From positions 96,001-160,000 of the forward strand of contig CAVWBU010000016.1 in NCBI GenBank assembly GCA_963753345.1: a stretch of DNA of 64,000 nt, written 5' to 3'. The number at the start of each line of letters is the position of its first letter. Position 1 is the stretch's first letter. Both the position numbers and the translations under genes were made by a program. Below, piece by piece: positions 58,479 to 64,000 of this stretch. The notes beneath the pieces are model-generated. The model had not been told where the DNA came from and made no database searches. It was given only the letters and a program-made list of their open reading frames with translations. The DNA comes from an uncultured Fibrobacterota bacterium. Its GTDB lineage: Bacteria > Fibrobacterota > Chitinivibrionia > Chitinivibrionales > FEN-1185.

Positions 58479-60648
58479 ATGAATCCATTTCCAAACTTAA
58501 AAAATGCGCTTTGGGCTGCCTTCATGGTCATGACCATCAGCATTCCGTCATCAAGCGTGATCCTGCCCTCCGACCGCGCCACTGCGTGGAATCCCGGGCT
58601 TATGTCGGTCGGCGGCATCCCGAACCGCACGGCCATTTACACGACCCTGCAGGCTTCCGCCTACGGCGATGGCGCACAGGATGCAAGTGCCGGCATTCAA
58701 GCCGCCATCGATGCCTGTCCTGCCGGTCAAGTGGTAAAACTCTCGGCAGGAACGTTTACCGTGAACAACTACCTTCTTGTCAACAAAGGCATCACACTCC
58801 GCGGGGCCGGACCCGACAGTACAATATTGCAGAAGACCAATGGTGCTAAACCGCGCACGTCACCCATGCAGCCGGTGGATCCGAGCTCTTATTCCTATGA
58901 CCCACAACCTGTAATCATAATAGGCCCCAACCGTTGGCCGAAAGTTGACGAAACCACTTCGCAAAATCTTGCCGCAGACGGCAGCCAGGGCGCAAATTCC
59001 GTAACGTTGGCAAATGCCACCGGGTTCTCGGCAGGCCAATTCGTATTGCTTGACGAGCTTTCCGGCGCCTCGTGGCAAAACACTCCCACGGGTTTTCCCT
59101 CCAACGCGAAGGTTTGGCAGGGTGACCGCGTTGCCTGGAACATGCATTTGCCAATGCAGCAGTGGCAGGATGACAACAGTTATTCGGATGCAACCGGGCC
59201 TTACGACTTGAACGGAACCACCAGGACTCTGCCCAATGCAATGTCATGGTTCTCTCGGACCGACCGGCCCACGTGCGAAATAAAGGAAATTGCCTCTGTA
59301 AACGGGAACGCCGTCACCTTCACGACGCCCCTGCATATTTCCTACCGGACAAGCCATACCGCCCAGCTTACCCGGTACACCGGCGACAATGTTCATGTCA
59401 AGAATGCGGGCGTCGAAGACGTTACCGTTCTCGGCGGCGCGGACGGCCAGGTCCGGTTCGAAGCCGCCGCCTATTGCTGGGCCAGAAACATCGAGAATAC
59501 GCAATGGATCGGTGAGGGTTTTGCGGTCAACAACTCATTTCGCATAGAGATTCGCGACTCCTACATTCATGACGGTTCATGGCCTGAGCCGGGAGGCGCC
59601 GGTTATGCCATCAGTTTCGCGGACGCGGCTTCCGAAATCCTTGTGGAAAACAATATCAGCATCAACACGTGTAAAGTTATGGTTGTCCGCTCCTGCGGAG
59701 CCGGCAGCGTGTTCGGCTATAATTATACCGATGACAGCCTGGGATTTCGACACCCCGACCTGGGTTGAGGTGGGCATCAATGCTTCGCATATGGCCGGAC
59801 CTCACCATGTCCTCTTCGAGGGCAACTATTCCCCCAACGCCGACAACGATTACACGCATGGAAATTCCATCTATATCACCTTCTTCCGCAATTGGCTGTC
59901 CGGGCAGCGAAGGAGCTTCACCGATGCGGGGAATGTGAGGGCCGCGGGCCTTGCTTACGGATCATGGTGGTTTTCCTTTATCGCTAATGTGCTTGGACGC
60001 CAGAACCAGATGAGCGGCTGGGTGTACGAAGATCCTGCCATGACGGGGAACAATGCCGACTGGCGGGATCAGGATATATGGAAACTTGGTTATGATCCGG
60101 AACGATGGGACATGTACGCCGATCCCCTGACGCTCTCGACCGCTATCCGCCACGGCAATTTCGACTATGTCAATAACAGCATTAAATGGGATTCTTCCAT
60201 TTCGGATCACACGCTGCCGAACTCGCTTTACCTTGCTGCAAAACCGGCATTTTTCGGCTGCCGCACCTGGCCGTGGGTGCAGCCGGAAGGGGCGACCAAG
60301 TTGTATTCCCTGCCTGCCAAAGACCGGTTTGAGGGATTGGACCCGTGTGGAAATCGGGTCAAACCCGACATGACCGGTGCGGCAAATAAACCGGGCCTGT
60401 CTCTCCGGTATGCACCCAATCAGTTCATGGGAACACTGTTCATCTCTTACACGCTCGACAAAACCGTGGAAGTCCGTTTGGCCATGTACGATTTGTCTGG
60501 CAAACTGGTAAGAAACCTTGCAAACGGAATGCAGGCGGCAGGCGCTCACAGCCTATTCTTTAAGCGCGGGAACTTGACAAGGGGTGTTTACCTGCTGCAA
60601 CTTAAGGCCGGTGACCACATGATTGCGATAAGAACTTTGGTGTTGTAG
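58479..60648 (+). pseudogene. Secreted pectate-lyase-3/beta-helix protein with C-terminal sorting domain, +1 frameshift near 59738
   Basis: Paralog of 31454-33511 (P.DR...W.PG..GGIP.RTAI, AAIDACPAGQVV, IRHGN.DY....I.WD..I.DH.(I/L)P.S.Y...KP.FFG...WP). GACAGCCTGGGAT reads DSWD if one C is removed. Confidence 0.75.
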
Positions 60649-60957
60649 AAAAGGAATTGAGAAATAGCCATCAGAATGATATTAAATGCGTGACAAGAAA
60701 TATCTGTGGAGTAGGGACGGCATTTTGCGCTGCAAGTCGTGGTAGCGCCGGAAGTTTCCGAACAATTACACAAAATGTACCCCCTTCTCAATTCCTATCA
60801 CTCCCGCTTTGAGCATTATAATACCAGAACCATCCTATTTTTGAAAAACTTTTCTCAATTCCAACAATCCACTCTCCCCTTTTTCAAGAATACCAAACCA
60901 CATAATGGCCTATTCTTTGCTCTTTCTATTTCCCATCTTAGCAAAGGAGATTGCCCA

Positions 60958-61380
60958 ATGAATATCAAAAGGTATGCAGTTGCCTGTTTCGCAGTATTTA
61001 TTGTCTTAAGTCTTATTGATTTGTTATTCGATTTCCTTTTGCTTGGACCGATAAACCATTCTTTGAAGAATGTCTGGCGCCCGGACATGATACATTGGCT
61101 GGAGCCGGTCACCTATCTTTCTGGGTCAATACTGTTTGTGCTCTTATTAACGCATATACATAACGTGAAGGGTGTGTCAGGCGGCGTCCTCTACGGGCTG
61201 CTTGTCGGCCTTCTGGTAAGCGGAGTACATTCGTTCGGGCAATATGCAACCTACCCGATTCCGTTTGTCCTTGCCGTTTTGTGGTTTGTAGAGGGACTTG
61301 TTCAGTATGCAATTGCAGGGATCGTCACTGCGCTTATTTGCAGACCGAAGATACAGCACGATTCCAAAATCAAAACTTAG
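60958..61380 (+). CDS. Small four-TM membrane protein (DUF1761-like)
   Basis: AAGGAG RBS; hydrophobic segments with the pattern G..GG.LYGLLVG..., Y.T.PIP..LA..W. Confidence 0.7.
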   Translation: MNIKRYAVACFAVFIVLSLIDLLFDFLLLGPINHSLKNVWRPDMIHWLEPVTYLSGSILFVLLLTHIHNVKGVSGGVLYGLLVGLLVSGVHSFGQYATYPIPFVLAVLWFVEGLVQYAIAGIVTALICRPKIQHDSKIKT

Positions 61381-61385
61381 AAATA

Positions 61386-62163
61386 ATGGCAACTAGCGTT
61401 CTCAACCAGTCCCATGGACGATATTTCGTCGTTGCCCTTCTCATCTGCTTTTTCCATCCTATCGCCGTCATAGCGGGACCGCCCTTTCGTACCGACGATC
61501 CGGAGCCGGTCGATTATCTTCATTGGGAGTTTTACGGTCGCTTCGCAAGTGACGAGCAATCAGGATGGAATTTCCGGAACAGCTCCTCATGTTGAAATAA
61601 ACTTCGGCATTTTCAAGGAGACGCAGATTCATCTGATTGTTCCGCTCTCCTTCAACCATCCTCGCACCGGCATTTCCACGTATGGCCCCGGAGATGTTGA
61701 AATCGGGTTAAAATACCGTTTTGTCAATGAGACACCGGTCGTTCCCCAAATCGGCGCATTCCCTTTGATTGAAATCCCTACGGGAAACGCCGCAAGAGGA
61801 TTGGGCGTCGGCAGCGTGCAGTTCTTTTTGCCGTTGTGGCTGCAGAAAAGCTGGGGACCCTGGACAACGTACGGCGGAGCCGGCTACCTGGCCGGCGTCA
61901 CCTTACCTGCGGCAAATTCATGGTTCATCGGATGGGAAGGTCAGCGCGACATTTCGGAAATCCTCACCATTGGAGCGGAGGTCTTTACCACTCTATTTCC
62001 ATTGAAAAGTTCGGAAAACGAAGTCGGCTTTGCTGTCGGCGCGATCGTGAACTTCAACGAAAACCATCACCTGCTTCTTTCTGCGGGAAGAGACATCGTT
62101 GGCACGAGCGATCTTCTTCTTTATGCCGCTTATCAGTACACCATCGGCCCGCTTCCAAAATAA
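61386..62163 (+). pseudogene. Exported beta-barrel 'transporter'-like protein, +1 frameshift near 61536
   Basis: Signal peptide then AGPPFRTDDPEPVDY.HWE.Y; next frame PHVEINFG, GDVEIGLKYRF, P.IEIPTG...GLG.G, FLPLWLQKSWG. TACGGTCGCT reads YVA if one G is removed. Confidence 0.75.
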
Positions 62164-62174
62164 TCAGGATTGAT

Positions 62175-62942
62175 ATGCAAACCATCACGCGAAAAAGTCT
62201 ACTTTACAGAAGCGGGCTTGGCTTTTATTGCCTGAACCATGTTCAGGGCTGCAGTCACGGGTGCCGCTATCCCTGCTACGCCTTTTCCATGGCTATGCAT
62301 TATGGCCGAGCAGCGGATTACAAGGCGTGGTGCCAGCCCAAATTGGTGGCCAACGCCTTGGAGCTGTTGGATAAGGAACTGCCGAAGTTCCGGGCCAAGG
62401 CCGACAGCAGCCCTGGTGACGAAGAATTCCGGATCCACCTGTGCCTGACCACTGATCCTTTTATGGTTGGATGGCCGGAAATCCAGTCCATGAGCCTTCG
62501 GATTATTGAAAAAATCAATGCCGTCGGTCTGGACTGCGATGTCTTGACAAAGGGTGTGCTGCCTAAGGAATTGGCCGGGTCTTCTTTCAGCAGGAAAAAC
62601 CGCTACGGCATCAGCATTGTTTCGCTGAACGAAGATTTCCGCAAACGCTGGGAACCGGGCACAGCTCCCTATCCGGACCGCATCAGCGCATTACGCTTCC
62701 TGCACACAAAAGGCAACTCGACCTATGCGCATGTCGAGCCATACCCCACGCCCAATATTATCCGGCAGGATTTGGATGCTTTACTGAAGGCGGTAGGTTT
62801 TGTGGATGCTGTTTATTTCGGCGGCTGGAACTACAGCACTCTGGCCGGAAAGTATCCAGATCGTTCGGGATTCTACGCGGAGCAGACGAGGAAGGTAAAA
62901 GCATTCTGTAGCAAACATGAAATTGATTGCGAGATGAAATAA
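62175..62942 (+). CDS. Radical SAM protein, spore-photoproduct-lyase-like/Rv2578c-type
   Basis: LNHVQGCSHGCRYPCYA (CX3CX3C variant), TDPF, VLTKG, WEPG......RI.AL, EPYP. Confidence 0.8.
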   Translation: MQTITRKSLLYRSGLGFYCLNHVQGCSHGCRYPCYAFSMAMHYGRAADYKAWCQPKLVANALELLDKELPKFRAKADSSPGDEEFRIHLCLTTDPFMVGWPEIQSMSLRIIEKINAVGLDCDVLTKGVLPKELAGSSFSRKNRYGISIVSLNEDFRKRWEPGTAPYPDRISALRFLHTKGNSTYAHVEPYPTPNIIRQDLDALLKAVGFVDAVYFGGWNYSTLAGKYPDRSGFYAEQTRKVKAFCSKHEIDCEMK

Positions 62943-62972
62943 TCCCGCGACGCTTGCCATTCGGCAAATGCG

Positions 62973-63713
62973 CTATTGAACCACAACAGCCGCGTTTGCA
63001 TCAAACGGATTGGTGCGGAGCGCGAACGAGAAAAGGTAGGGGTAGTTCTTCTGCAAGTGCCGCATGTAGGCGACCCATTGACAGACAAGCAAAACATAGG
63101 CGCGATTCATGTCGGCGACAAGATGGTCGAGGTCCGATTTCGGCAGGCGGGAAAAGTCCTCCCGGTAGGTCAGCTCTTCGAGCAGGTGAAAGGTCGCCCA
63201 GAGGAGCTCGGTGAACTCTTCATGCTCAAGCAGGTTCTGGTTTTCCAGCAGTCCCAGCAGAAATTCCCGTTCGGTCGCCATTGTTTCTTTCAATGCGGCA
63301 AAATCGACATTCCCGGCTTCCAATCCGCTGCGGTAGCCGGCGAGCCGAGAGGCAAGGGACCTGAATTTCTCATCGGTCCAGGTTTTCCCCACGACAAGCT
63401 CGGCACGCATGGATCCGATGAAAGGGTCCCAGGCCGAAAACCGCTTCAGGAGAGCAACGCCGAACTGGCTGAAAAATGTACCGATCACCATGTTCTGCTT
63501 GTGAATCCGCTCCTGTTTTTCCACCGAACGCAAGACCCGCTCCAGAATGAGGGTGACCAGCAGCACCTGCAAAGGCAAGAAGGCGATGTCCTGCAGCAGG
63601 TAAAAACCCATGTCACGAGTGTCGTGAAAGACAAGGTATTGAACCAGGTACAAAATGCCTGATAGAGCAATGAGGCCCGCAATAAATATGAATCTGAGAA
63701 GATTGGAATTCAT
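62973..63713 (-). CDS. Conserved hypothetical membrane protein
   Basis: Two N-terminal TM segments; AFLP.QVL.VT..L, NMVIG.FFS, LLENQNLLEHE.FT.LL.A.FHL.EEL, YPYLFS.A.R.NPF. Confidence 0.8.
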   Translation of the reverse strand: MNSNLLRFIFIAGLIALSGILYLVQYLVFHDTRDMGFYLLQDIAFLPLQVLLVTLILERVLRSVEKQERIHKQNMVIGTFFSQFGVALLKRFSAWDPFIGSMRAELVVGKTWTDEKFRSLASRLAGYRSGLEAGNVDFAALKETMATEREFLLGLLENQNLLEHEEFTELLWATFHLLEELTYREDFSRLPKSDLDHLVADMNRAYVLLVCQWVAYMRHLQKNYPYLFSFALRTNPFDANAAVVVQ

Positions 63714-63795
63714 GTTCGGTTTTTAGTCGGTAATTATGTTGATTGCTCAGGTGCAGCCAGGCAGCTGATTTGATGTAACGTCAGCGCATCAGCCC

Positions 63796-64000
63796 CTATT
63801 TCGCCGCAGGCGCAAGCGCATTCTCCACCGCCTTGCTCATCGCCTTGGTGTTGACTGTTGCGCCTGAAACAACGTCGATTTGCGGTGATTGCTTTTTGAT
63901 GATTGCCGCTTCGGCCTTTTCGTTGAAGTCCTTCATGATCGCCATCCGCTTGTTGGTGTTCTTCACAGCGGTGATCGCATGAGACTTCACGGTCACCTGC
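63796..64000 (-). CDS. Partial FMN-binding (flavinylated) domain protein
   Basis: V.V....I..V, II..QS..IDVVSGAT..T.A...AV.NAL; SGAT is the ApbE flavinylation motif. Runs off the window end. Confidence 0.8.
   Translation of the reverse strand, partial: QVTVKSHAITAVKNTNKRMAIMKDFNEKAEAAIIKKQSPQIDVVSGATVNTKAMSKAVENALAPAAK

Noticed and set aside
1-64000. CRISPR array, tRNA/rRNA genes, intact transposase, prophage or defence genes
   Set aside because: I saw no regularly spaced repeat-spacer units, cloverleaf or rRNA signatures, or matching protein motifs.

Overview
A GC-rich bacterial chromosomal window. Several secreted proteins end in Por/FlgD-like C-terminal sorting domains, which suggests a Fibrobacterota/Chitinivibrionia-like or other FCB-group organism (inference). 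Main contents: (1) a compact three-gene operon with its own promoter, encoding a U32-family Fe-S protein, a geranylgeranyl-reductase-family flavoprotein and an oxidosqualene-cyclase-type (not hopene-type) triterpene cyclase, with no squalene epoxidase in the operon; this is the best candidate for a novel system, possibly O2-independent sterol/triterpenoid synthesis; (2) a complete kdpFABC-orf-kdpDE locus, including a small kdpF missing from the ORF track; (3) a DsbA gene paired with an 8-cysteine mini-lipoprotein and a secreted glycoside-hydrolase-like protein; (4) housekeeping and envelope genes (wbqC, nth, amrS, rsmA, Wzi-like, TPR proteins); (5) a ~24 kb phosphate region (pstS-porin-pstCAB-phoU-phoB-phoR-phoU, degenerate GDPD, secreted metallophosphatase, PHP-glycosyltransferase, pyruvate kinase) with 11-bp-periodic PHO-box-like arrays upstream of several promoters; (6) two diverged copies of a structured ~230 bp noncoding repeat and an IS200/IS605-end-like palindromic element; (7) four genes between 52 and 62 kb each broken by an apparent +1 base, possibly assembly errors. 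I saw no rRNA, tRNA, CRISPR array or intact transposase. All assignments come from motif recognition by eye, not database searches.
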